This document shows, one piece after another, positions 1-9,056 of a DNA stretch of 15,061 nt. Where the stretch lies: NCBI GenBank assembly GCA_051532035.1, contig JAOPTW010000082.1, positions 1 to 15,061 of the forward strand. Reading direction: 5' to 3'. The notes beneath the pieces were generated by a model. That model was not told the origin of the DNA. It made no database searches and worked only from the letters and a program-made list of their open reading frames with translations. The stretch is from Fibrobacterales bacterium (GTDB taxonomy: Bacteria; Fibrobacterota; Fibrobacteria; Fibrobacterales; JAOPTW01). A program made the translations under genes and the position numbers. Within the stretch, counting starts at the first letter, position 1. Each line of letters opens with the position of its first letter.

Positions 1-287
1 ACTATCCCGACTACATGACATATACCTGCATCAAAGGCATTTCAGTAACGAACGACGGTGAGTATGATTTTAGCAATGCGATGATACATTTTAATTTAAA
101 CAGTTGGATGTCTAGAAAGATAGAACTTTCATACCCTATTACGATGGATGTTGTAAAGAATGACGCGGGACAAATATCTTTGCTCGGCGTGTATTACATA
201 GAAGCGAAAAATTTTCATTATGTCGGTGAAGCGCATGCATCAGGCTTCGACGTTCCTGTTATAGTCTCATTTAGACAGAATCTTTAA
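1..287 (+). CDS. 3' part of a hypothetical protein, probably truncated by the window edge
   Basis: The frame of ORF 15..287 stays open to the left edge (TAT CCC GAC TAC ATG). It stops at TAA 285-287 and is followed by terminator-like hairpins. No motif recognised. Confidence 0.55.
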   Translation, partial: YPDYMTYTCIKGISVTNDGEYDFSNAMIHFNLNSWMSRKIELSYPITMDVVKNDAGQISLLGVYYIEAKNFHYVGEAHASGFDVPVIVSFRQNL

Positions 288-408
288 AGAGAACTTATAA
301 CTCAATGAGTCATTCTTCATCTTACTTACCGATGAAAATGTAGGATTAGTATTTAGAATTGAGGCACTACACAAGATGTTTCATAATTAATTGAAATACA
401 AAATTAAA

Positions 409-436
409 GGGCAGTCTTCGGGCTGCTTATGTTGTG
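409..436 (+). terminator. Probable intrinsic terminator hairpin with a cUUCGg tetraloop
   Basis: GGGCAGTC-TTCG-GGCTGCTT (409-428) forms an 8-bp stem with G.U pairs, followed by a T-rich tail, downstream of the + strand ORF. Confidence 0.55.
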
Positions 437-454
437 TCATCTGAAATGTGAATA

Positions 455-499
455 AAAACAAATAAGGCAGTCTCTCATTGAGGCTGCCTTATTTGTTTT
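455..499. terminator. Bidirectional intrinsic terminator between convergent genes
   Basis: 20-bp inverted repeat AAAACAAATAAGGCAGTCTC (455-474) / GAGGCTGCCTTATTTGTTTT (480-499) with one non-Watson-Crick position, a 5-nt loop and A/T tracts on both sides, 36 nt past the regulator stop. Confidence 0.8.
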
Positions 500-535
500 A
501 AAATGTATTATGTTGAGCAAAGCTCTTAGGTACAG

Positions 536-1270
536 TTAACCGGGAGTCGTACACGCCTCAAGCTCATCAGCATCAAAGCGATATCCGGCACCATATACGG
601 AGCTGATAATCCTTTTGGAGCCAAGAACTGCTTCAAGCTTTTTCCGGATGTTTTTAATATGCGTATCAATGGTGCGATTATATCCTTCAAAATCATACCC
701 GTCAAACTCATACCCTGATGCACTCTGCACGAGCTCCTTACGTGAATAAACTCGCCCAGGGTTTTTTATAAAGGTATAGAGCATGGTAAATTGCGTAGCA
801 GTCAAATCAAGATCAACCTCATTGACAAACGCTTTTTTAAGCAGGTTATCAAGGGCAATAGGTCCGACATTAAGTTTATGATCAGTTTGAGTCTCTACTG
901 AATGTGAACGTTTGAGAACCACTTTAACTCGGGCTACTACTTCACGGATGTTAAATGGTTTACAGATATAATCATCTGCACCAATTTCAAGACCAATCAG
1001 ACGATCGATATCCTCAGCCCGTGCTGAAACAATAATAATGGGTACTTCAGAAAATTCTCTAATACTCCGGCAGACATCAAATCCATCTTTACCGGGCAGT
1101 GCCCCATCCAAAATAATGAGGTCAACCTTATTATTTTTTACAAACTCTTCAACAACGTCTCCACGGTGCAATACATGGGTATTGTAACCGGAAGCTTGCA
1201 TGTATTTTTCGTGCATTGTTGCAATTTTTACTTCATCTTCGACTATCAGTATCATTTGGGTATCGCTCAA
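536..1270 (-). CDS. OmpR/PhoB-family DNA-binding response regulator (BaeR-like)
   Basis: REC domain: ILIVEDE, DLIILD (phospho-Asp), LPGKDG, GADDYICKPF. Winged helix: PGRVYSR, RTIDTHIKNIRKKL, SVYGAGYRF. The TTG start overlaps the kinase TGA (TTGA at 1270-1267) with GGAGG just upstream. An alternative ATG lies at 1255. Confidence 0.95.
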   Translation of the reverse strand: MSDTQMILIVEDEVKIATMHEKYMQASGYNTHVLHRGDVVEEFVKNNKVDLIILDGALPGKDGFDVCRSIREFSEVPIIIVSARAEDIDRLIGLEIGADDYICKPFNIREVVARVKVVLKRSHSVETQTDHKLNVGPIALDNLLKKAFVNEVDLDLTATQFTMLYTFIKNPGRVYSRKELVQSASGYEFDGYDFEGYNRTIDTHIKNIRKKLEAVLGSKRIISSVYGAGYRFDADELEACTTPG

Positions 1271-4200
1271 GGAGCCTCCATTGTGGCAACAGGGAATTGT
1301 AGTGAAAATTTTACACCACCAAGTGGTGAATGATCGGCACTGATGGTGCCTCCCATAAAATCTGTGAGCATTTTGCAGATAGATAAGCCGAGACCGCTTC
1401 CGCTTTGAGTACCAAAATGTGCTTCTTCGGTACGGTAGAGTCGGTCAAATAGATAGGGTAAATCAGAATTATTAACACCCGGGTGAGAGTCTTCAAAATT
1501 AATATGAATACTATTATTTTGAATAAAAGCACTAATTTTAAGGTGCCCTGGGCTGTCGGTATATTTAATAGAGTTTTTAAGTAGATTAGTAAAAATTTGT
1601 TTTAAGCGGACTTTGTCGGCGATAATAAGAGTATCTTCAGTCCCTTGTAAATCAAGTTCAACTTCGACATCATTTTCAGAAAACTTATTTCTGAAAAACA
1701 TGATGTCGTTTGTCAGTACGGTAACCGGATTGAAAAGTTCTTTTTGTACAATAAGTGCGCCACTCTCACCGAGTGAAAGTTCATGGAGGTCACCGATAAT
1801 TTTCTGAATCCGTTCTGTCTCTTCAAGGAGTGAGTGTACCGATTCTTTGGTAATCTCAATGATTCCATCCTCAATAGCTTGTATCTCGTTCTGCAAGATA
1901 GTAAGAGGAGTTCTGAGCTCATGAGAAATGTCTGAAAGCCACTGTTTCTGCATAGCCTGATGTCGCTTTAACTGCGCATTGGTTTTCTGCAACTTGGCGG
2001 ACTGATGGTTAAGGTCTATGGTACGTTCTTCTACTTTTCGCTCAAGGTTTTGACTGTATTCTTCAAGTTCGGCCTTGGCCTCTTTGAGTGAAGCGTAGTA
2101 CCGAGCATTTTCAATAGAGATCGCCATCTGTGTTGATAGTATTTTTAAGGTCTCAAGTCGGTCATAAGTAAAGGTACCGGCTGTCGCGTTGTTTTCCAGA
2201 TACAGAACTCCGATAATGGTTCCCTGACGCATAACGGGTGTGCAGAGTACCGATTTTGGTTTATGTGTTGAGATATAGCTATCGTGTGCATATCTCTGAT
2301 CGGTACCAGCATTGTCAATAACAATAGTCTCTTTGGTGTGGGCAACATAGTTTATCATGGGCCGTGAAATCAGTACCGATTCATCTTTTATAGGTATCGA
2401 CTGCAAAATGGTTCCCTGATCGGTGTTTACATTTGCTTCTGCCTCTACCAGCCATTCGGAATCTTTCTCAAGCATGAGGTATGCGGATTGAGCTCCTGAA
2501 CTTTCAATAATGATTGCCATCATTTTTTTAAGGAGTATCTCTAGTTCTATTTCACCTGAGATTGCATGAGAGGCTTTTATTACCGTTTCTAGGTCGAGTA
2601 TCTCCGAGATATCGAGTGTAGAAGAGGAGTTGGTAACTGCAGTTGTAGTACCTGAATGGGTGCTGAGTCGGGAGCGGGTTCTGGTTCTGGTTCTTGTTTT
2701 GCCGTGTGTACTAAATCGTGTTCCGGTACGTGACTCCCATCTGCTAGAACCGGCGCGCGTAGCCAACTCAATAGCCTTGTCTTGAAGCCATTCAGCAATC
2801 AGTGATGAGTATTCTTCTTCTAGGTATTTTAATTTTGCGTGAGCCCCCCACAGAGAATAGAGGTAGTAAGCCTCACGCATATACATGCCGGCTACATTCT
2901 CACGCTTAATTCCCAGATAGTAGCGTGCGGCTAGTTCATTGGCGAGCGCTTTGTCTCTGAGCCATTCATTGGTGTTGGCTGTTTCAATAGCCTGATCATA
3001 CAGTTCTGGAGCCAATTCGGTATTATCGGTCAAGCGCGCGAGCTCTGCTTCCATAATGAGTTGTAGATGTAAGAAGTTGACGGGGCAGTGATCTGCCCAG
3101 ACCTTCATTTTCTTATACTCAAGCTTCATCTTTTTGCGGATTTTTGCACGCTCGCTAAAGCTGCGCTTTGGATAGCACGCAGCTAAACAGAGAAAATACT
3201 GAATGACAAATCGTACTTCATAAGGAGAACCAATAAGAGGTCCAATGATATCATATCCCTTTTGAGCAGTCTCAAGAGCCAGCTCAAATTCTTCGTAAAA
3301 GAAATAGATTTCACTCTTCCAGAAATAATAAATGGTGCATCCCGAAAGGAATTTGCGGTCCTGCATTCTTTGGAGGCACTCTTCTTCATTAAACTTTTTG
3401 TCATTCATTGTGAGACGATCATCGGTCTCTCCACGAAAGTTTCGGGTCATTTGTAGAAAGAGCTCGGAGCCATCAAGGGCATCCGGATATCCGGTGTTTT
3501 TAATTATCTCTTGGGCTTTTTCCTGTTCATGGCACGACTCTTCCAGAGAGTACATGGGGTTCCAGATAGCGCCATACAGTGCGCACCGTGCATAGTACTG
3601 ATAGTCTCCCGATAGATGGCCTGCTTCCAGACCTTTTTGGAAAAGGGGAGTCAGAGTGCTCCAGTGTTCATTATAATGATGGACAAAAAAGCCATAGGTC
3701 GCAATAACCCGGCAACGGTAATGTATATCATTGAACTGCTCATTCAAGGCGAGACCGAGTTTACCGAACTCATACCCCAGTTTATAGTTACGTAATTTAA
3801 AAGAGATAATACCACCAAAAGTGGTGTACGAAAATGCGGACTGAGGAGTATTGCCAAATTTTAGTGAAAGCACTACCTGCCTGAGCGTGGTAAGTGCAAC
3901 CAAATTTACATTACCGGTAAAAAGAGCTGCAGGTGAAATCTCCGACAGAAGCTGGATCGCCATTTTAGGGATCGGCTCACTCATAACCGGATTATTTATA
4001 AGATCTGGTACGGTATGTTTGCGAAGCAGGAGCTTAATATGCACAATCTCTTTCATTAACCGAAATTTGTTCGGCTTGTAAGGGAGCTTTGTTTCTAGGA
4101 GAGACAAACCTTCTAGACCACTGAGTATCGCTTTTTCGAGTTTGCCCCGTGTGATATATTGATAGGACCGAATGTTTAGAGTTTCTGCTTTTTCAAGGTT

Positions 4201-6672
4201 GCTCTTTGTGTGTGCAAGTATTTCTGTAATAGTGGTTTCGGATATCTCATCTCTGCCCATCAGATAGGAGCACTGTACATACAGAGTTTTTAACGCAAGA
4301 GTCACATCGTACTGTTTTTCCCAGGGGTCTTCAAAAAGAAGTCCCAGTCCGATCTCGGCAAATTCAAGTGCCGAAGGGTATGCGTTTGATTTTTTAGCCT
4401 GTAGACCGACTTCTAAATTAAGTTGTACCAGCTCTTCTTGTTCAATGTCGTCGGTTATCAGGCTTCTGCCTACGTTTAGATGACGAACAATGTCTGGTTT
4501 TCTTTTATCAAGGTCTCTGGTGGCTGTGCTGGAAAAAAGCATCCGGCCGATCTCTAAGTGAACCTGTTGAATACCAGTATTAACAAGGGCGTAGGCGGCC
4601 TGATGTATATAGTCGTGCTGAAAGGCATATCGGGGATTGATGTCGCTCATTGAACCACTCGGAGTGTGGCTGATAAACTTGTAGCTCTCATTAAGAGGGA
4701 CAATAAGTCCTTGGCTGAGTGGTCCTTCAAGCTTATGATTAGCCACGTCCATAGGGCATTTCAAAACGGTAGAGAGCGTCTTAAGGTCGAACTGGTTACC
4801 AATACATGCAGCAATCTGAAGCGTTCTCTGAACGTCGGTTGACATTTTTTGCAGGCTTTCAACCATGAATGAGATGACATTGTCTGAAATGGAGACTTTG
4901 TTGATCTCTGTCATATCCCATTCCCATTTTCCAATTTGGTTATTAAAGGTGATAGACCCGTCTTTAAAAAGGTTCTTTAACATCTCTCCGATAAAAAACG
5001 GGTTACCTTTTGTCTTGGAATAAATGAGTGCACTGAGAGTATACGACTCTTCTTGGGTACACTGAAGTGAATCGGCAACAAGCTGGCTGACTGATGCTTC
5101 GTTCAGTGCCTCTATTACAAGAGTATTAACCTCTTTTACTTTATCAATCTCATCAAGCGTTTGCAAGAGCGGGTGCCCCGACTCAACCTCATTACTTCTA
5201 TACACACCAATACAGAGAAGGTGCGAAAGTGTGTCGGTTTTAAATATTTTTTCTAGCAGGTTTAATGAGGGAATATCGGCCCACTGTAGGTCATCCAGAA
5301 AGAAGACGAGAGGGTGATCCTCTTGTGCAAGTACCTTAATAAAATCAAGAAATACATGGTGAAACCTGTTTTGTGATTCGTTAGGGGAGAGTGCTGGTAC
5401 TGGTGGCTGCTCTCCAATAATCATTTCAAGGTCGGGAATAAAATCGAGTAATACCTGGGCGTTTCTTCCCAGTGCCCTCAGTAATATATCTTTCCAAAAT
5501 TCGATTATATCACCTGGCTGTGCGAGCAGTTGTTGGACCAGGCTTTGAAAGGCTTGGGTAATGGCGGAATAGGGAGTACTGCTTTTCAGTATGTCGAATT
5601 TACCCTCTATAAAATACCCGGCATCACGCACTATCGGTTTCTGTATCTCTTGTACCAGAGCGGATTTACCCACACCGGAATAACCTGACACGAGAATCAT
5701 TTCGGTCTGACCAAATGATACTTCAGCAAAAACATCCAGAAGTACTTTAATCTCTTTCTCACGCCCATAGAGCTTTTGTGGAATCTGAAATTTATGGGAC
5801 ACATCAAATCGACCCAACTCAAAGGGGGTACTGATTTTCTGTTTCCACTGCTCTAGGGTTTTCTTAAGGTCGTAGCAAAGGCCATAGGCACTTTGGTAGC
5901 GGTCCTCTGCATTTTTTGATAATAACTTTAATATGATATCACAGAGTGGTATGGGGACATTCATTCCCGTTAGGTTGGCCGCATTGGGGACCTTGGTAAT
6001 ATGGCTGTGTATCCAGCCGAGAATATCATTTGCCTGAAAAGGAGTATGCCCGGTAAGAAGTTCATAAAAGGTGACTCCGAGGGAGTAGTAGTCGGAGCGG
6101 TAATCAAGGTCGCGGTTCATTCGTCCGGTCTGTTCCGGAGAAATATAAGGGAGTGACCCTTCTAGGCGCTGGTATACGTTTATATCCTGACGCTCTTTTG
6201 AGAGTTCTGATGAGATGCCAAAATCGATAATTCTGACTTCACCTGTTTCGGAGTCGCATAAAATATTTGTCGGATTAATATCCTTATGAATTATGTTGGA
6301 CTGGTGAATTTCTCCCAGAGTTTCAACCAGTTTGATGGCGCTATTAAAAAAGAAATCCAGAGAGAGTGTTTTGCCGGACCTTAGGATATCGGCAAAAGAG
6401 ACCCCAAAATGCTCCATCGAAATAGCAAAATTACTTTGACTGTATTTCTCTAGGGAATATATTTCGATTACACCATCGATATGTTGTAGCTTGGAGGTAA
6501 TCTCATATTCGCGCTTAATGCGGGCAATATCGTGGGCTTCAGGGTATTTTTTACTGAGAGCTTTTAGAACAATGCTCTTCTCATCGCTATCGCGAGTAGT
6601 CTGATAGATTGCTGTATGAGAGGTTTCGTGGATTTTTTCACCCAATAACTCTCGATTTGACTCTATTGACAT
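1267..6672 (-). CDS. Multidomain Ser/Thr kinase - AAA ATPase - helical region - GAF - histidine kinase (COG3899/HstK-like architecture) with a BaeS-like HisKA/HATPase core
   Basis: Kinase: IVLK, IIHKDINPTNIL, IIDFGIS, EGSLPYISPEQTGRMNR, DYRSDYYSLG. ATPase: Walker A GYSGVGKS, Walker B LVFFLDDLQWAD, TKGNPFF. GAF: LDLETVIKASHAISGEI...SVLCTP...GVLYLEN. Then a coiled coil, H-box SHELRTPL (H1584), N-box NLLKNSIKY and G2 GSGLGLSI. No signal peptide or clear transmembrane helix. Confidence 0.95.
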   Translation of the reverse strand: MSIESNRELLGEKIHETSHTAIYQTTRDSDEKSIVLKALSKKYPEAHDIARIKREYEITSKLQHIDGVIEIYSLEKYSQSNFAISMEHFGVSFADILRSGKTLSLDFFFNSAIKLVETLGEIHQSNIIHKDINPTNILCDSETGEVRIIDFGISSELSKERQDINVYQRLEGSLPYISPEQTGRMNRDLDYRSDYYSLGVTFYELLTGHTPFQANDILGWIHSHITKVPNAANLTGMNVPIPLCDIILKLLSKNAEDRYQSAYGLCYDLKKTLEQWKQKISTPFELGRFDVSHKFQIPQKLYGREKEIKVLLDVFAEVSFGQTEMILVSGYSGVGKSALVQEIQKPIVRDAGYFIEGKFDILKSSTPYSAITQAFQSLVQQLLAQPGDIIEFWKDILLRALGRNAQVLLDFIPDLEMIIGEQPPVPALSPNESQNRFHHVFLDFIKVLAQEDHPLVFFLDDLQWADIPSLNLLEKIFKTDTLSHLLCIGVYRSNEVESGHPLLQTLDEIDKVKEVNTLVIEALNEASVSQLVADSLQCTQEESYTLSALIYSKTKGNPFFIGEMLKNLFKDGSITFNNQIGKWEWDMTEINKVSISDNVISFMVESLQKMSTDVQRTLQIAACIGNQFDLKTLSTVLKCPMDVANHKLEGPLSQGLIVPLNESYKFISHTPSGSMSDINPRYAFQHDYIHQAAYALVNTGIQQVHLEIGRMLFSSTATRDLDKRKPDIVRHLNVGRSLITDDIEQEELVQLNLEVGLQAKKSNAYPSALEFAEIGLGLLFEDPWEKQYDVTLALKTLYVQCSYLMGRDEISETTITEILAHTKSNLEKAETLNIRSYQYITRGKLEKAILSGLEGLSLLETKLPYKPNKFRLMKEIVHIKLLLRKHTVPDLINNPVMSEPIPKMAIQLLSEISPAALFTGNVNLVALTTLRQVVLSLKFGNTPQSAFSYTTFGGIISFKLRNYKLGYEFGKLGLALNEQFNDIHYRCRVIATYGFFVHHYNEHWSTLTPLFQKGLEAGHLSGDYQYYARCALYGAIWNPMYSLEESCHEQEKAQEIIKNTGYPDALDGSELFLQMTRNFRGETDDRLTMNDKKFNEEECLQRMQDRKFLSGCTIYYFWKSEIYFFYEEFELALETAQKGYDIIGPLIGSPYEVRFVIQYFLCLAACYPKRSFSERAKIRKKMKLEYKKMKVWADHCPVNFLHLQLIMEAELARLTDNTELAPELYDQAIETANTNEWLRDKALANELAARYYLGIKRENVAGMYMREAYYLYSLWGAHAKLKYLEEEYSSLIAEWLQDKAIELATRAGSSRWESRTGTRFSTHGKTRTRTRTRSRLSTHSGTTTAVTNSSSTLDISEILDLETVIKASHAISGEIELEILLKKMMAIIIESSGAQSAYLMLEKDSEWLVEAEANVNTDQGTILQSIPIKDESVLISRPMINYVAHTKETIVIDNAGTDQRYAHDSYISTHKPKSVLCTPVMRQGTIIGVLYLENNATAGTFTYDRLETLKILSTQMAISIENARYYASLKEAKAELEEYSQNLERKVEERTIDLNHQSAKLQKTNAQLKRHQAMQKQWLSDISHELRTPLTILQNEIQAIEDGIIEITKESVHSLLEETERIQKIIGDLHELSLGESGALIVQKELFNPVTVLTNDIMFFRNKFSENDVEVELDLQGTEDTLIIADKVRLKQIFTNLLKNSIKYTDSPGHLKISAFIQNNSIHINFEDSHPGVNNSDLPYLFDRLYRTEEAHFGTQSGSGLGLSICKMLTDFMGGTISADHSPLGGVKFSLQFPVATMEAP
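2677..2694. repeat. In-frame hexamer tandem repeat (GGTTCT)x3 encoding part of TRTRTRTR in the pre-GAF linker
   Basis: ggttct ggttct ggttct read directly at 2677-2694. Confidence 0.8.
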
Positions 6673-6689
6673 AACATTCCCATTGTATA

Positions 6690-6714
6690 GTGTGAGATTC
6701 GATACATCTCATAC
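6690..6714. promoter_or_regulatory. Inverted repeat just upstream of the kinase start (possible operator or 5'UTR hairpin)
   Basis: GTGTGAGAT-N7-ATCTCATAC, 9-bp arms with one mismatch, 17 nt from the ATG at 6672. Confidence 0.3.
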
Positions 6715-6880
6715 ACCCCCCGGCGATTCAAAGGTAGTTTTTTTTGGTCAAAAGTAAATTGAATACTTAATGTAAACTCATTAAGCACAATTGAATGTTC
6801 TAAATAGGGTAAAAAAGGCAAAAATTGAAAGAAGCCTTGAATAGGTACACCGATATAAGCTGTATTGACTACGAAAGAGT

Positions 6881-6920
6881 AATCAAATAAGGCTGTTTCC
6901 GTAATAGAAACAGCCTTATT
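6881..6920 (-). terminator. Intrinsic terminator of the CSLREA/ricin gene
   Basis: Perfect 14-bp inverted repeat AATAAGGCTGTTTC (6886-6899) / GAAACAGCCTTATT (6907-6920) with a 7-nt loop. The minus strand ends CCTTATTTGATT. It lies 48 nt after the stop codon. Confidence 0.75.
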
Positions 6921-6968
6921 ATATTGATGTATTGATACTCTATCGGTTTTAGGATAACTGGGGTATTT

Positions 6969-9056
6969 TTAAAGTTTATTCAACCAAAATGCTTGAGCAG
7001 CAGTGCCATTACACTCCCACGCCTGAACATTGGCACCAGCATCATTCGAAGCTCCGTCAATGTCAAGGCATTCGTTGGCGTCTGACTGAGGGTGGAGTGC
7101 ATACGCTCCGTTGTCAATATATTCTATTTGCCATCTTTGACTGGCTCCATTAGTATTACCCCACTGCTGTACGTTAGATTCTTGACCGCCCCATGCTACA
7201 TCCATCAAAAGACCTGAATTCTCATTCATAATTTCGTAGTAGCCATTACCAACATGAGTGAATACCCATTTCTGTGCCCCGGTATTGTTACAATCCCACT
7301 GTTGAATATTTGCAGACCAGTCATAACTTGCACCAGATACATCAACACATTTGTGGCTGTTGGTGTTTACCATTTCATAGGTACCAGAAAAACTTTCTTG
7401 TTCAACTTCAAAAGAACCGGCATCACAGCTGGTACCTTGTGGACGGCTCACACCGCGCTGATCAGTTGTTATTGCTGCATCACAATCTGAGATAAAATCA
7501 ATGGCAATGCTTCCCTCTAACAGTTCATATGTTTCAGTGAGGCCACCGTTGTTTTTTAATTCACCCAATTTCAGCGCTTCAACAGTAGTAACGGTCGCGT
7601 TTTCGAGTGATGCATCGGTTGCAAGGTTACCAGAACCAGCAAGTGCAGCACCACCAGCAATATATACATTCTCAGCATCGTTGGCGAAAATATTGTTACT
7701 TACTGTTACTCCTTCTGTGTCGCTAATATACATCCCTGTTCCATTTCCGCTCCCACTCAAACCATTGTTCACAAATGTGTTATGAGAGAACAGTCCGGTT
7801 CCTTCATAAGTATCAATGTAGAGTGCTCCACCAGATCGAGCCGTGTTACCACTAAAAGTATTATTAATGTACTGTGCATCTGAAGAATAGAGATATTCAT
7901 ATACTGCCCCACCTTCTCCAGATGCAGCGGTGTTATTAACAAAAGTATTGTTTGAGAGCATGAGTGGTGATTGCCACGCTTCGTTATAGATAGCTCCGCC
8001 TTCACCGGCTTCATTACCGCTGAAAGTATTATTATCAATAGTGATCTCTGTGTCATCCCCTTCAAGGTAGATTGCACCGGCGTATGAACAACGGTATGGG
8101 TTGGCTCCATGTGCAGATTCATTATTCAAAAACCTATTATTGGTTATTATGAGTGTCGATTCGTCACTGTCATCATAGAGTGCCGCATCACCAGCGCAGT
8201 GTCCGGTACCATCACCTGGTTTGTTTTCTGAAAACTCAGTGTTACTAATAGTAGTAATCGCCCCATCGTCTGCCGCATTATAGATTGCAGATCCATCACC
8301 CCCAAAAAATTCAGAATTACCCCCATGGTTATTAGTGAATCGAGACCCGGTAATAGTCAAATCGCCGCTACCAGAGTTATAGATAGCTCCGCCTTTTGCA
8401 CCGTAGTTTTTTCCATACCCTGCGCTATTATTTTCAAAGATAGAATTGGTTATGTTTAATACGGCATTGTAAGAGTATATTGCTCCACCAACACTTCCAT
8501 AACCTGCGTGGGATTCTGCAGAATTATTAGCGTTAAATGAACAATCAGTTAGAGTAAGTTCAGCTGCTACAACGCTAATTGCTCCGCCATGATAAGACTG
8601 GTTGTCTGTAAAAACTGGTCCTTTACCATTAATAAGCGAAATGTTATGGAGGGCAACTTTTGATCCTTCAACGATATCAAATATACGGTCAAGCTCTTGC
8701 GCATCAATAATTGTAGGGTCAACGTCGGAACCGTTTATGGTTAATTCACCAGTGATGTCAAAGTCACCGGTTGCATTCGCGTCTTCTTGATATCCTGTTA
8801 ATTCAATAGCGATTGTGCCTGCTGGAAGTGTAATCTGATCTGCGCCCGCAGAAATATTTGATTCATCAATAGCTGCACGAAGTGTACAATCTCCAGAGAC
8901 ATCTGCACAAATGCCGTCACCAGGAAGTGCATCAATAGCGTCCCCAAAACTGTTAACTGTAAAAACTGCCGCATTTGCATTTATAGCAAGTGCAGATAAA
9001 AGACAGGCTCCTTTAATAGCTGAGTAGAGTCCTTTTTTTAGTCCCAATTGTTTCAT
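6969..9056 (-). CDS. Secreted CSLREA-domain / Pmp-like beta-helix repeat / choice-of-anchor-Q protein with a C-terminal ricin-B (CBM13) lectin
   Basis: Signal peptide ending ANA-A. CSLREA motif FTVNSFGD...GDGICAD..GDCTLRAAIDESN. Repeated GGAIY and FxxN motifs. Choice-of-anchor Q: LGELKNNGGLTET...TTDQRGVSRPQGTSCDAGSFE. Three ricin subdomains (CVDV..NIQQWDC..AQKW; LMDV..NVQQW..SQRW; CLDI..NVQAWEC..AQAF). RBS-like AAGGA upstream. Confidence 0.9.
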   Translation of the reverse strand: MKQLGLKKGLYSAIKGACLLSALAINANAAVFTVNSFGDAIDALPGDGICADVSGDCTLRAAIDESNISAGADQITLPAGTIAIELTGYQEDANATGDFDITGELTINGSDVDPTIIDAQELDRIFDIVEGSKVALHNISLINGKGPVFTDNQSYHGGAISVVAAELTLTDCSFNANNSAESHAGYGSVGGAIYSYNAVLNITNSIFENNSAGYGKNYGAKGGAIYNSGSGDLTITGSRFTNNHGGNSEFFGGDGSAIYNAADDGAITTISNTEFSENKPGDGTGHCAGDAALYDDSDESTLIITNNRFLNNESAHGANPYRCSYAGAIYLEGDDTEITIDNNTFSGNEAGEGGAIYNEAWQSPLMLSNNTFVNNTAASGEGGAVYEYLYSSDAQYINNTFSGNTARSGGALYIDTYEGTGLFSHNTFVNNGLSGSGNGTGMYISDTEGVTVSNNIFANDAENVYIAGGAALAGSGNLATDASLENATVTTVEALKLGELKNNGGLTETYELLEGSIAIDFISDCDAAITTDQRGVSRPQGTSCDAGSFEVEQESFSGTYEMVNTNSHKCVDVSGASYDWSANIQQWDCNNTGAQKWVFTHVGNGYYEIMNENSGLLMDVAWGGQESNVQQWGNTNGASQRWQIEYIDNGAYALHPQSDANECLDIDGASNDAGANVQAWECNGTAAQAFWLNKL

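Noticed and set aside
526..4081. Short alternative-frame and antisense ORFs inside the regulator and kinase genes (for example 2589..2798 with QEPEPEPAP)
   Set aside because: They lie within strongly supported CDSs and show no motifs. The EPEPEP run is the RT microsatellite read in another frame.
6260..6300. HKDINPTN catalytic loop and Gly-poor N-lobe as signs of a dead Ser/Thr kinase
   Set aside because: These variants are usual in STPK-AAA-GAF-HK proteins, and the catalytic Lys, Asp, Asn and DFG are present.
6716..6745. C6 and T8 homopolymers upstream of the kinase as phase-variation tracts
   Set aside because: Too short to stand out in AT-rich intergenic DNA.
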